Virus record (IMG/VR): IMGVR_UViG_3300007960_000032
Coordinates: 1-52,866 of that record
From: a virus
Taxonomy: Duplodnaviria; Caudoviricetes
Reading direction: 5' to 3' (one strand)
DNA: 52,866 nucleotides
Shown: positions 7,989-17,627 of the stretch, piece after piece
Numbering within the stretch: position 1 is the stretch's first letter
Layout: each line of letters begins with the position of its first letter
Position numbers and translations under genes: made by a program
Notes under the pieces: generated by a model
The model's input: only the letters and a program-made list of their open reading frames with translations
What the model was told of the DNA's origin: nothing
The model's database searches: none

Positions 7989-9253
7989 GTTTTTTCAATC
8001 ACTAATTCAGGCCATAATGTTCGCCAACTTGTATTTCTTCTTCTATCTATCTCGTCGTGGTATCCATGTAGTTTTTCTATTGCCTTGTAATTATTCTCAG
8101 TATTAGTTTGCATAACATCTTGCAATCCAGTAAAGATTTTTACCGTTTCCTGTTGTTGAAATGTGTCTGTTTTCAATTCTTTAAATATCTCTTTCCAAAC
8201 TGGTTCCCAGATTTCATACGCAAAAATCTCAGGACGCATGAAAGGATATCCGTCTACTAACATTGCATAATGACCAATGTGTCTATTAGTATTATACTTG
8301 TTAATCATACGGATTAAATCAGGCATAGTTTTCATGGTTAAGCTACTTACGGTTTGATTTGCAGATAAGAATAAAAATTCTTCTGGAAAACTTGCAGCAT
8401 ACGCAAAGTTCTCTTCAAACTCTGTACAGTTTAATCCAAATCTAACATATTCTGCATGCGCCCCCCAACAATCAATACTAGCTGTTAGATCAAATCTGCC
8501 AATGCATCCTTTTTTCCACAGCTCATATATAGCGTTAATGTATTTTTTAAAATATTTCTGCGGGGGATTAAAGTTGCTAAAGATATTAAGTTGCAGGTTA
8601 GGACAGGGTTTTCTTTCTACTAAATCTAAAACTCTAGTTATCAAATCATGCTGAATAAAAGTTTCTCCGCCTAGTAGGTGGAGCCGCATAAGTCCCTGTA
8701 TATTATCTTCTAACCATACAAAGAAATCTTCGTACCTCTTATCAACTACGGCATTGTTTAGATCTTTTACAGGACTAAAAAGTGCATGATCGCCAAAACT
8801 TCTACTTTCTTGTTCAATTCTGCTACTTAACATTGGGTTGCAGTATGTACACTTAAAATTACAAGTATTATGGGCAAATATCTCCACAATAGTAGGCTTT
8901 ACATTGGTTAATGTCTGGTCATCTTTAAGTTCAGTGGGAGCATATCCTGGCAAATCGTTATTATGCATCCTGTCACTAAACCCTCCAGCATCTTCAATTA
9001 CTTTACAATATTCGCAGCCTTGGCCTGGCCACTCTCCTTTAAGCATCTTTTCACGGTGGACAATCTTTTCAGGCAAGTTATGAAAACTACCAAAATTATC
9101 CTCGGGTATCTTAAAGTCATCTACTCTATGACAACTACTGCTAGTTCCAGAATTAAGCCATATAGTACTCCAGGACCATTTGCTCTGACAGGCAGTCTCT
9201 GTCTTTATTGGAAAATAATAATCTAAATCCTGTGTCATAGTGTCATGTACCAA
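7985..9253 (-). CDS. Radical SAM protein (copy 3, CxxKW type)
   Basis: CNFKCTYC, GGET; N-terminal CQSKW...SCH...CEYC. Confidence 0.9.
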   Translation of the reverse strand: MVHDTMTQDLDYYFPIKTETACQSKWSWSTIWLNSGTSSSCHRVDDFKIPEDNFGSFHNLPEKIVHREKMLKGEWPGQGCEYCKVIEDAGGFSDRMHNNDLPGYAPTELKDDQTLTNVKPTIVEIFAHNTCNFKCTYCNPMLSSRIEQESRSFGDHALFSPVKDLNNAVVDKRYEDFFVWLEDNIQGLMRLHLLGGETFIQHDLITRVLDLVERKPCPNLQLNIFSNFNPPQKYFKKYINAIYELWKKGCIGRFDLTASIDCWGAHAEYVRFGLNCTEFEENFAYAASFPEEFLFLSANQTVSSLTMKTMPDLIRMINKYNTNRHIGHYAMLVDGYPFMRPEIFAYEIWEPVWKEIFKELKTDTFQQQETVKIFTGLQDVMQTNTENNYKAIEKLHGYHDEIDRRRNTSWRTLWPELVIEKT

Positions 9254-10563
9254 TCTTTTAACTCTGGAAATGTTGTTTCAAAGTTTTTGTTTCTTCTTAC
9301 ATCATATTGTTGGTAGAATTGTTTAAAATCATTGTGTAGTTTAGGCATTTCAAATGCTTCGTTGTGTGGTGTCTCTACTGTGTGCAAATATTCAATAAGT
9401 CTCTCAACTTGCCCTCGTTCAAAATCATGTAAGTCCCAGGATAGTATCGCTTTTAACCTGCCTGCACATGTGTTTTTAACATTCTGTGGTAATACTAAAC
9501 AACTTTGAAAACTAGGAAATCTAAGAATATTTAAACTAAACACTGCAAAGTCTTTGTTTAACTCTTGTCTAGCATGCAGTATTTTAAATATTAAGTCTGG
9601 GAGTGTGTCCAAACAAAGTGCATTAACTGTCATCATGCAATGTGTATCTATACCAGCTTCATGTAGTCTTACTAAGTTATCCCACCAGCTATTAAAGTCT
9701 AATCCATCTCTAATGTACTCTGCTTTAATTCCTGTAGACTCACAACTAGTATATACATCCAGACTAGGCAAGTGTGTTCTTGCTTCAACTAACCGATCAA
9801 TTAACTCTGGTTTACCACCTAGGTTGCTGTTAATAGCGATACGGCAATCTGATGTATTACCCTCTTTCTTAAACCAATCCAATAACTTCCAAAGCTCAGG
9901 GCTCATAATAGGCTCACCACCAGTAATGCGTAGTTCACGCAATGTAAGGTGTAAGTCACTGTCCCACCATTTAAAGAACGCTTCCACATAAGGATTGTAT
10001 TCGTTTAATCCAAATAGTTGGTTGTTATCATGACTATGAGTAAAATGATTGCGTCCGTCACTAACAAGATCAGTATAGCCGCCATTGTTCTTTAAATCCT
10101 TTACCCAGGTAGTACTAAAAGCAGGATTGCAATAGCTACAAGCAAAGTTACATGTTCTGTCAAAGGCAATCTCTAGTGTGCGTAGATTGACATCTTCTTC
10201 ACTATCAGTTTTATAAAACTCTTGCAATTCTTGTTCAGTATAAATCTTTGACTTGTACACACGGTCGCTTATATATTTAGGGCCCATGTCTTCAATCTTC
10301 CAGCAGTATTCACAACCCGCAGGACGCTCGCCACATTGCATTTGTCTGCGCTGTTCTTTTTTCTCTGGAGTATTGTGTAGGAGTTTAGGATTAGATTGCA
10401 CTGCTATTGGATCAATCTTATGAGGCAGTGGATGATGACAACTAGTAGTCATACCACTGCCCAACCAAATAGTAGCATTGCCCCATTTCGCTCCGCAAAA
10501 ACTCGCACTCTTAGTATCAAGTACTGTTTGTTTGTATTTAAGATCTGTTAGCTTTGTATTCAC
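9235..10563 (-). CDS. Radical SAM protein (copy 2, CxxKW type)
   Basis: CNFACSYC, GGEP, NSN; N-terminal CGAKW...SCHHP...CEYC. Confidence 0.92.
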   Translation of the reverse strand: MNTKLTDLKYKQTVLDTKSASFCGAKWGNATIWLGSGMTTSCHHPLPHKIDPIAVQSNPKLLHNTPEKKEQRRQMQCGERPAGCEYCWKIEDMGPKYISDRVYKSKIYTEQELQEFYKTDSEEDVNLRTLEIAFDRTCNFACSYCNPAFSTTWVKDLKNNGGYTDLVSDGRNHFTHSHDNNQLFGLNEYNPYVEAFFKWWDSDLHLTLRELRITGGEPIMSPELWKLLDWFKKEGNTSDCRIAINSNLGGKPELIDRLVEARTHLPSLDVYTSCESTGIKAEYIRDGLDFNSWWDNLVRLHEAGIDTHCMMTVNALCLDTLPDLIFKILHARQELNKDFAVFSLNILRFPSFQSCLVLPQNVKNTCAGRLKAILSWDLHDFERGQVERLIEYLHTVETPHNEAFEMPKLHNDFKQFYQQYDVRRNKNFETTFPELKDWYMTL

Positions 10564-11902
10564 ATGTACTCCAAAATTCTGTCATCTCTGGAAACGTCTT
10601 TAAAAAGTTAGTGCCTCTTCGGCGATCATGTTCGCTAAAGAAACGATAAAAGTCTGCTTGTTTGCGTTCAACGTCTGTTGTTCTATGGAGCATCCAGTCT
10701 AAGTCACGTTGCATCTTTAAAACTTCATAGTCCTTAAATCCATGCATTTCGTGAAGATTGCTATTCATATATTCTACACACTCCTTGAGACAAATGCTAT
10801 AACTTTCTGGTAAGATTTGCAGGCTTTGCCATTCTGGAGTGTACAGTAAGGGTGTATCAAACCAAATCCGCTGATAAGTCGTCGTGTAAGTCTGACGAAG
10901 ATACAGGATATGCTCTAGTAACTTTTTAAGGTTTATAATGTTAAGATTGCTCATTGTAATAATGAACGTTAAACTTGACCGACTGGGAATATCTCTAACA
11001 AACTCTTCACATCTATTTATTGCCAAATTAAAATCTAACCCGTGTCGTATATACTCTGCTTGCTTTCCCCAGGTATCTAAACTAACAAACTGCATGAAGT
11101 GTTCTATTTGTTCACCTTTACATAACTCTTGCACATACCCTTTGTACTTGTCCCAGACCATGGGATCAACACTAAAGTTACTGGTAGTGTTTAAATGCAA
11201 GTCAGGTTTAGGATTTTCGAGTACATAGTCAAATACACGATAGGTGTTTGGGTCCATGGTAGGTTCACCACCTGTCATACGGAAATGTTTTAGATCTTTG
11301 TATAGGTCAGGCCACCAACGCCAGAATGCTTCGCGGTAAGGATTGTCCTCCCTGTTAGGAATAGCACGTCGAGATCCTGTAAAGTGTACAGGGTCATTGT
11401 GTGGAGTACTAGTAGGCCAAGCACCGTGTTCTTTTGCTTCTTTAGTCCAGGTGCTGCTAAATTGTGGACTACAATAGCTACAACTAAGATTGCAAGCATT
11501 GTTAAAGTTTACTTCAACATAACTTGGGTTGACATCTGCTTGTGGGTTATTTACAATGTCCTCAAATGAGTCCATAGCCCAGGGTTCACCGCTGCGATAA
11601 TGTCTGTCACTCATGTTATCTTGTGCTTCAATATTCCAACAGTAGTTGCAATCTGTACACTTTGTACCAGACATCATTTCCAGACGACTTTGTTTCTTGT
11701 GTGCAGTGTTATGCAAGGCACTGGGATTATCCGCCAATGGCTCAACAGGTATGCGATGCAAAGGAGGATGATAACAACTGTTGGTATGCCCAGTTGTTAA
11801 ATGTAGACTAACTTGTTTCCATTTAGCTAAACAAAAACTATCACTTACTGTGGCAAGTTTTTCTTTTGCTAACTGAGCATCATTAAAATAATCGCTCACC
11901 AC
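10538..11902 (-). CDS. Radical SAM protein (copy 1, CxxKW type)
   Basis: CNLSCSYC, GGEP; N-terminal CLAKW...SCYHP...CNYC. Confidence 0.92.
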   Translation of the reverse strand: MVSDYFNDAQLAKEKLATVSDSFCLAKWKQVSLHLTTGHTNSCYHPPLHRIPVEPLADNPSALHNTAHKKQSRLEMMSGTKCTDCNYCWNIEAQDNMSDRHYRSGEPWAMDSFEDIVNNPQADVNPSYVEVNFNNACNLSCSYCSPQFSSTWTKEAKEHGAWPTSTPHNDPVHFTGSRRAIPNREDNPYREAFWRWWPDLYKDLKHFRMTGGEPTMDPNTYRVFDYVLENPKPDLHLNTTSNFSVDPMVWDKYKGYVQELCKGEQIEHFMQFVSLDTWGKQAEYIRHGLDFNLAINRCEEFVRDIPSRSSLTFIITMSNLNIINLKKLLEHILYLRQTYTTTYQRIWFDTPLLYTPEWQSLQILPESYSICLKECVEYMNSNLHEMHGFKDYEVLKMQRDLDWMLHRTTDVERKQADFYRFFSEHDRRRGTNFLKTFPEMTEFWSTCEYKANRS

Positions 11903-12816
11903 CCTTCGACCTTTCTAATAACTTCTAGTTCTGTAGTCATTGGGTCATGTTCATGATAGGTCTGACTGTAATAGTGTTTAAAGAATCGACTCACGTCTCC
12001 GGTATAGTCAACAATGGGGAGCAATAATTTTCGTCTAAGAATTGCTCCCCATTCCTGGTATTCATCCACTGTGTAATCATGTTCTTCCCAGAGACGATCC
12101 AACGCTGCAAAGTCTCTGACTTCATGCCAATCCCAATCGGTACACATTAGCTTGTAGGTGCCATACCTTGCACCCACCATTGCTTCGAACCCGTATTCGC
12201 TATCTTGACCCACACTTTGCCAAATACACAATTTGTCAAAGTTCTTAGCATGAACTTGTTTGTGGAATTCTTCTAGAGTAGGCTTGTATCCTTTGTTAAG
12301 ACACATCTTAACACCTTCTCTAAATCCTGCTCGCCATGCATGTCGTGCACTGCCATTAGGATAGGTAGTTGAGTAAACATTATTCATGGGAATGTATTTG
12401 CTGTCAAAGCAAAACTCAACTACTGTTTCGTGTGAACCATCAGTTGCTTCGTGTGTTTGCATGTTATTGATAAACTCACGAGTCCAGCAACTAAGTCCGC
12501 CGTTGCCGTACATAAGTCCGTTAACTGAATTACGAGCTTTCCAACGGAACACACAATCCTCGTGCTCAGGCTTAATATCTAACTGTAAGTTAAAAAAGCT
12601 AGCATCGGGAATATTATCGCCGTCAATGAGAATAAAGCGTTCAGTGTCACTGGCTGCGGCTGCGGCTTTGTGTGCTGCATCTGAACCTTCAACTCCGTCT
12701 ACTCGTTTAGCCCAGGGCACAATGTTTTGTATTTGAACCCAGAACTCTTCTTTCTTTGGTTCATCGTACGTCAAAAAAATCGTGTCCATATCCGCTGTGT
12801 CAATCAGCATCGTCAT
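11896..12816 (-). CDS. Glycosyltransferase-like protein (GT-A fold, DxD)
   Basis: FILIDGDN (DxD after a hydrophobic strand), YGNGG, AWRAGFREGVK; paralogous to the C-terminal half of 140-1384. Confidence 0.65.
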   Translation of the reverse strand: MTMLIDTADMDTIFLTYDEPKKEEFWVQIQNIVPWAKRVDGVEGSDAAHKAAAAASDTERFILIDGDNIPDASFFNLQLDIKPEHEDCVFRWKARNSVNGLMYGNGGLSCWTREFINNMQTHEATDGSHETVVEFCFDSKYIPMNNVYSTTYPNGSARHAWRAGFREGVKMCLNKGYKPTLEEFHKQVHAKNFDKLCIWQSVGQDSEYGFEAMVGARYGTYKLMCTDWDWHEVRDFAALDRLWEEHDYTVDEYQEWGAILRRKLLLPIVDYTGDVSRFFKHYYSQTYHEHDPMTTELEVIRKVEGW

Positions 12817-13144
12817 TTAGTTCCTCTATACAAAAATATGGATTATTTTCTAATACTAGTGCAGGCGGCGGATCTTGCCAGTGTGTTTGTACACTAGTAT
12901 CAATCCAGGTAATCTTGCCATCAATAATTCTATGATCGATAGGATTGTGCAGGGCTGTGTCTTGTGATATTATAATGTAGTCTTCTTCCCAGACTTCGTT
13001 AACAGGAACAGTATTAGCATCTTCAATCTTATACTCACCAGTTTCTACATTATATTTTAGTCTTCGTTCAGTTTCAATAACTGGATTAGATTCCACAAGC
13101 GCAAATGCTTGTAAAAATGGATTAGATTCCAAGTCGTTGTTCAT
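12800..13144 (-). CDS. Hypothetical protein (114 aa, acidic)
   Basis: ORF overlapping both neighbours in the operon; no recognisable motif. Confidence 0.7.
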   Translation of the reverse strand: MNNDLESNPFLQAFALVESNPVIETERRLKYNVETGEYKIEDANTVPVNEVWEEDYIIISQDTALHNPIDHRIIDGKITWIDTSVQTHWQDPPPALVLENNPYFCIEELNDDAD

Positions 13145-14018
13145 ATCTACCTATCAGTTCTTCAGTGCAAAAATCTTTCTGGAAATAGTGGAAGGGGTAA
13201 TGCTGTGCGTATCCGCCTACTACAAAATCAAAGTCGTTGGTTAAAGTCCATCTAACAGAGTTGCGCCAATCCCAGTCTGGTTTCCAACCATTAATAGCAC
13301 CTTTCATGTGGGCAAAGGTTGGATAACTCATTGGCCCGATAGGCTGTTGAGCGATCCCGGTTTGCCGGGCATGGGCATGGTCACTGATGTTATTTCCGCT
13401 GGCCCAGATGGTTCCAGCAATGCCAAATATAACATCAGTATCAGGTGTGTCATAAAAACAATGATCAAGCACCCCATCTCTAAGAGCAGTAAAGTTTTCA
13501 AGAGTCCTGGTTGCAAGATTAAAAAACTCTTTGCTATCCCTGGAATAACGAAAATACATAAAACCGTTATAAACATCAGCCAGATTATTAGCATCAAAAA
13601 ACTTCCTGTAATACCTAGTATTACTTATTTTTCCTTGATAATTTCTCACCTTGGATGTCATTACTACATCACTTGTTCTACAGCCAGCCCACCAATGATC
13701 AATGTTTCTGGGGATCAGCATATCTGATTCTACCTTAAACGTTTCTGTAAAAGGAGTTAAACTCCACGCCTGGCATTCGATTGCGAAAGGATTTTCTTGC
13801 CTGGGCACTTCAATAATATAATCAAATACCCGGCGCTGGGTGTCTGTTAGTGTTTGTGCAGAGTCATGATCTATTACTACTGCAAACTTATTTATAGTGC
13901 AGGTAGCCTTAACACTCAACGCCAGCAAGTATGCTTGATTAACATAGTTAACTGTGTCACTGTTCTGTGCAAATGTTAACCAGCCCTGCGGTTCTACTTT
14001 TTTCTTAAACATCAGCAT
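13122..14018 (-). CDS. Nucleotide-diphospho-sugar transferase-like protein (GT8-like)
   Basis: YVNQAYLLALSVK...FDYIIEV...WSLTPFTETFKVESDML...YNGFMYF; GT8-like TPF.ET..xDxD region with ESD. Confidence 0.65.
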   Translation of the reverse strand: MLMFKKKVEPQGWLTFAQNSDTVNYVNQAYLLALSVKATCTINKFAVVIDHDSAQTLTDTQRRVFDYIIEVPRQENPFAIECQAWSLTPFTETFKVESDMLIPRNIDHWWAGCRTSDVVMTSKVRNYQGKISNTRYYRKFFDANNLADVYNGFMYFRYSRDSKEFFNLATRTLENFTALRDGVLDHCFYDTPDTDVIFGIAGTIWASGNNISDHAHARQTGIAQQPIGPMSYPTFAHMKGAINGWKPDWDWRNSVRWTLTNDFDFVVGGYAQHYPFHYFQKDFCTEELIGRYEQRLGI

Positions 14019-14787
14019 ACCGTTCTAACTCGCCCCTGATCTCTGGATCCATTAAACAGGCTTTGTTCATTATGTGCAGGTTTGTATCCTTGATCTTTAA
14101 TGCATTATAAGATCCATGATATTGATATTTGATAAACAACTCACTGCCATGTACTTTATAGATTGTATCCATGGTGCTTAAACTTGGCAAGGGATGATTA
14201 AATGTTGTGCCTTGATCATATCCCTGCATGAGTTGATGAGCGAGTGTAAGACTAAAATCGTTACGATATTTACTTCCTGGAAATCCCCAAAATTTACAAT
14301 GGTATCGCCAGTTAGTTTGTATATTCTTCATCATTTCAAATATGTTGTATGCTAGTTCACACTTGCGGAAATAAACAACAGTTGCCCATAGCATGGGATG
14401 GCCTGCTCGTGTCATATATCTTTCATGCTTCATACTGTCGGTATGTGTAACGTCCCAGACACGGTCATAACACAAAAACTCGTGATTACCTCCAAAGTAA
14501 TCTTTGAGTTGATTATTAAAAGTCATATAGTCTACGTCTATTAACAGTGTTTCTTCAAAGGGCGACAAATCATACGCCAGCGGACGATCTGAGTTAAACC
14601 ATTGCACACGGTCTATTGTACCATCGTGCCATTTAAACGCACGGATGTTTCCAGGCCGTGCTTCACCGATGTGTATGTGCGTGTCAATACCCAGATGCTT
14701 TTCCACTAGTTTTGCAGCAAGTTTAGCAAAACCTATATAATCTATAGTATCATGTGGCGTGGCAAGTAATAGTGCGCCTTTACTCAC
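14005..14787 (-). CDS. Nucleotide-diphospho-sugar transferase-like protein (GT8-like)
   Basis: AYDLSPFEETLLIDVDY (DxD), WATVVYF, YRNDF, H.MNK; paralogous to 13122-14018. Confidence 0.7.
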   Translation of the reverse strand: MSKGALLLATPHDTIDYIGFAKLAAKLVEKHLGIDTHIHIGEARPGNIRAFKWHDGTIDRVQWFNSDRPLAYDLSPFEETLLIDVDYMTFNNQLKDYFGGNHEFLCYDRVWDVTHTDSMKHERYMTRAGHPMLWATVVYFRKCELAYNIFEMMKNIQTNWRYHCKFWGFPGSKYRNDFSLTLAHQLMQGYDQGTTFNHPLPSLSTMDTIYKVHGSELFIKYQYHGSYNALKIKDTNLHIMNKACLMDPEIRGELERYADV

Positions 14788-15106
14788 TAAGTTGACCTAC
14801 TCTACGAACTTTTTTAAGTTCCTGATATTGATTATGCCAATCGTTCATTACTTCATACCAGCGTTGTCTACATGCTACCAGCATATCAGTAGCATCTACA
14901 ATCTCTACAGGATTTTCATATGAATCTACTAGATATAGGATGTCATTCTCTGGCCAAGTAGCAAGTAACGCCATTAGTTCAGTGGTTACAAGAAACATTC
15001 CACCAGCATATGCCAGTGTTAGACGTTGCTCTTGTTGTTCTTTAAGGGCTAGCCGTTGTCTATTATGATCAAGTCGTTGTCGTGCAAACTCTTCAAAGTT
15101 TTCCAT
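14780..15106 (-). CDS. Hypothetical protein, possibly tail-fibre-assembly/chaperone-like
   Basis: 108 aa, first gene downstream of the fibre genes; helical with GGMF and D..ENPV motifs. Function inferred from position only. Confidence 0.6.
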   Translation of the reverse strand: MENFEEFARQRLDHNRQRLALKEQQEQRLTLAYAGGMFLVTTELMALLATWPENDILYLVDSYENPVEIVDATDMLVACRQRWYEVMNDWHNQYQELKKVRRVGQLSE

Positions 15107-15143
15107 ATTAAAAGTCCCTAATAAAGATTAGTATCATGCACTC

Positions 15144-15172
15144 AGTATAACAGGGCCCGTAGGCCCTGTCAA
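15144..15172 (-). promoter_or_regulatory. Sigma70-type promoter whose spacer is a perfect hairpin (possible combined terminator/promoter)
   Basis: Minus strand TTGACA-gggcctacgggccctgt(17 nt)-TATACT; ACAGGGCC-TACG-GGCCCTGT forms an 8-bp stem with a C(UACG)G tetraloop. Confidence 0.7.
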
Positions 15173-15192
15173 CTTGTTTAAGTTTTTTTTAT

Positions 15193-15198
15193 TATTTA
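15193..15198 (-). promoter_or_regulatory. Candidate late promoter core TAAATA overlapping the stop codon of the upstream structural gene
   Basis: CCTAAATAAT on the minus strand; the same core precedes other late genes in this window. Confidence 0.4.
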
Positions 15199-16170
15199 GG
15201 ATTCACTGTTCGCAGTCTGTGACCAAGTAGGTGATCCCCACGTGCTTGTAATATAAGTTGTTGCTGCTGGTGTTGCAGTAAATGTTGATGTTTTTGTTCC
15301 ATCAACAATATCAAGAACGTTATAAAAGTTTTTATCGAAAGCTGTTTGATCAGCAGCATCGTCTTTCCATGTGCTTGTAAAAGTAAGAACTGCACCCGAA
15401 ACACTGCCATAAACCTCAATATAGTTGGCTGTATATGGTCCAGTGTCTTCCAGTTGTTTGAAGATCGAAGCCGGTGTGCCGGTAAGACCATCAAAACCAG
15501 TTGTCATCTGTGTTGGAGTGTTTCCACCGCCACCAACTTTGCCACTGGTTCTACCAAACAATGTATATGTACCACAATCTGAAGCAAGTGTTACCCAGTT
15601 TTGATACTTTGTATCCTGGAAAACTGGTCCAGTTGATGGACTTGATGCTGGATCAGTTGGACCTACTGATGTAGTTCCGCCAGCAAGCCCCCAACTAAGT
15701 TCAATTTTACCACCTGCGTTAAAATAGTAACGCATTTCGTCTGCACTAGCAAAAGTAAATGTTTGTGTGTGGGTAATTGTGTTGGTGAAGTTACCGCTTG
15801 ATGTACTGGTAGCTGTAATTGGTGTACCAAAACCAGCAGCATTTGTTCCTGCGGCCGCACTGGTATCAAGTGTAGCAATATCTGTTGCCAAGTTAGCAAC
15901 AATTGCAATAGTGTCAGTAGCACTTGGGTTAGTTACACTGTCAACAGTGATGTTGCCATTGTTTCCCTGGTGGTTACTAATGCTTTTAAGTCTGGTTAAC
16001 AGTGTTGCCCATTGTGAAGCTGTAACTGTGTTACCAGCTGACACTGAGCTAAGTACAGTGCTTTGTCCTAATCCACGAACACCAGTACCTGTACCCCAAA
16101 TTGCGTTAACACTAGTTACGAAACCGTTGTAGTGTGCGTCGAGGATTGTATCCCCAGCTATATATGCCAT
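15196..16170 (-). CDS. Virion structural protein (tail fibre/baseplate-associated)
   Basis: 324 aa, Thr/Ser/Gly-rich, MAY start, located in the fibre cluster. Confidence 0.7.
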   Translation of the reverse strand: MAYIAGDTILDAHYNGFVTSVNAIWGTGTGVRGLGQSTVLSSVSAGNTVTASQWATLLTRLKSISNHQGNNGNITVDSVTNPSATDTIAIVANLATDIATLDTSAAAGTNAAGFGTPITATSTSSGNFTNTITHTQTFTFASADEMRYYFNAGGKIELSWGLAGGTTSVGPTDPASSPSTGPVFQDTKYQNWVTLASDCGTYTLFGRTSGKVGGGGNTPTQMTTGFDGLTGTPASIFKQLEDTGPYTANYIEVYGSVSGAVLTFTSTWKDDAADQTAFDKNFYNVLDIVDGTKTSTFTATPAATTYITSTWGSPTWSQTANSES

Positions 16171-16184
16171 TTATAATAATTCCT

Positions 16185-17627
16185 TTAGTTAATTGTTACA
16201 AAGGCCTCTACCGTGCCTTGCTCAAATGTTAATTTTGTTTGAATTGCGCGGCCGATTACATTGAATGAGGTTGCTTCCCCTGGCTGTGCTGCTCTAGCTA
16301 GACCGTTGCCTGCGCTAACAAGTCTATCACCTTTATTTATCTGACCAACTACTTGAACTGGTACTCGTCCAGCAACAGCAACCGCTGTTCCGTCAAGTGC
16401 AGCGTTCATCAAATATGCTGGCCTGTCTGAGACAACACCAAAGACGTTGTCCGCAAGTTCATCGTTTACACGAGTAATTTCTTCTACGCCGCCTAGTGCA
16501 ACCACTGTACCTGGTGTATAAACTGCATCAGCACTAAAGTTTTCCGCAACGTCAGCGTATTGTGCTGAAGATGCAGTACCGTTAAACGTTGTTGCATAAA
16601 CAGTTGCATAACGTAGTGAACTTGTTCCAAGGTCACGTGTGTTGTTCGCATCTGGGCTTAGAATACCAGCTAGTGCAACACTGCCATCTGCTGCTAGAGC
16701 GCCGGCGCTACTAACTGTAGTATCAACATATGCTTTTGTTGCTGCATCTGTGCTAGCTGTAGGAGTTGCTAGGCTAGTAATTTTCTTACTACTAACGTCA
16801 ACTGTACCAGTTCCGTTAGGAGCAAGTACAATACTACCATTTGTGTTGGTGTTTGTTAATACTGGATTACTTGAACCGTTAATATTAATTGTTAAATCAC
16901 CGTCTGCACCAACAATAAGCGCAGTGTCATTAACAATACTCAATGTGCCTGTTGTGCTGTCACTAGCATTGCTACGGAGATAGTTTGCTGCTGCTACGCC
17001 GCCAAGTGCGTCTGCATCAGTTGATGTTCCTTGTAGTTTAGCACCAGTTACTGTTGAACTAAGTTGTAAACCAGGGTTTACTGTCGTAAATCCTGAAATT
17101 GCACTCTGTGGAGTAAATGCTGTGTCTTTGCTAACAATACCAACAACTGTGTTACTAACGTAAAGTTTAATTACAACGTGATCAGTTGCACCGGTATCAG
17201 TAACAACTTCAACAATAGCACCACTAGTACCTGTGCCACTTGTGAATGCTGGTCCAATGGTTGTAAAAGATGAACCGTTATAAACTTTTAGCTGCCCGTT
17301 AGTGGTATCCCACCAAAGGTCACCAGTAACACTGTTACTTGGTGCACTGCCTGAAGCTGTACTTGAACTAACAGTTTTAAATGCTGTTCCGTTATAAACT
17401 TTAAGTAGGTTACCACTGGTGTCCCACCACATCTGTCCAGCAAGCGGTGCTGCTGGTGCAGTTGTATTTGCAAAGTTTTCTAGCAGTTTTACGTAGTTCT
17501 CGTTTAGGAACTCACCGTAACCTGCGTAGTTCTTACCTACTAATACGAGATCAGTAGTAGTATCAATAGTACCGTCTGATACTGTTGCTAACACTGAACC
17601 GTTTGTTTTATTGACTGTGTATGCGAT
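16185..17627 (-). CDS. Tail fibre/baseplate fibre protein; probable start at non-canonical ATC (17627)
   Basis: LVGKNYAGYGEFLNEN, two G(Q/D)xWWDT...LKVYNG repeats, DAATKAYVD, and C-terminal YADVAE domain. The frame extends upstream of the tracked GTG (17594) to ATC-GCA-TAC-ACA (xAYTVNKTNG), 8 nt after GGAGG. Confidence 0.8.
   Translation of the reverse strand: MAYTVNKTNGSVLATVSDGTIDTTTDLVLVGKNYAGYGEFLNENYVKLLENFANTTAPAAPLAGQMWWDTSGNLLKVYNGTAFKTVSSSTASGSAPSNSVTGDLWWDTTNGQLKVYNGSSFTTIGPAFTSGTGTSGAIVEVVTDTGATDHVVIKLYVSNTVVGIVSKDTAFTPQSAISGFTTVNPGLQLSSTVTGAKLQGTSTDADALGGVAAANYLRSNASDSTTGTLSIVNDTALIVGADGDLTININGSSNPVLTNTNTNGSIVLAPNGTGTVDVSSKKITSLATPTASTDAATKAYVDTTVSSAGALAADGSVALAGILSPDANNTRDLGTSSLRYATVYATTFNGTASSAQYADVAENFSADAVYTPGTVVALGGVEEITRVNDELADNVFGVVSDRPAYLMNAALDGTAVAVAGRVPVQVVGQINKGDRLVSAGNGLARAAQPGEATSFNVIGRAIQTKLTFEQGTVEAFVTIN

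Noticed and set aside
4240-11902. Assigning the radical SAM genes to MoaA, PqqE, QueE or anaerobic sulfatase maturase
   Set aside because: No partner genes of those pathways are in the window, and the auxiliary Cys cluster is N-terminal; such labels would be over-annotation.
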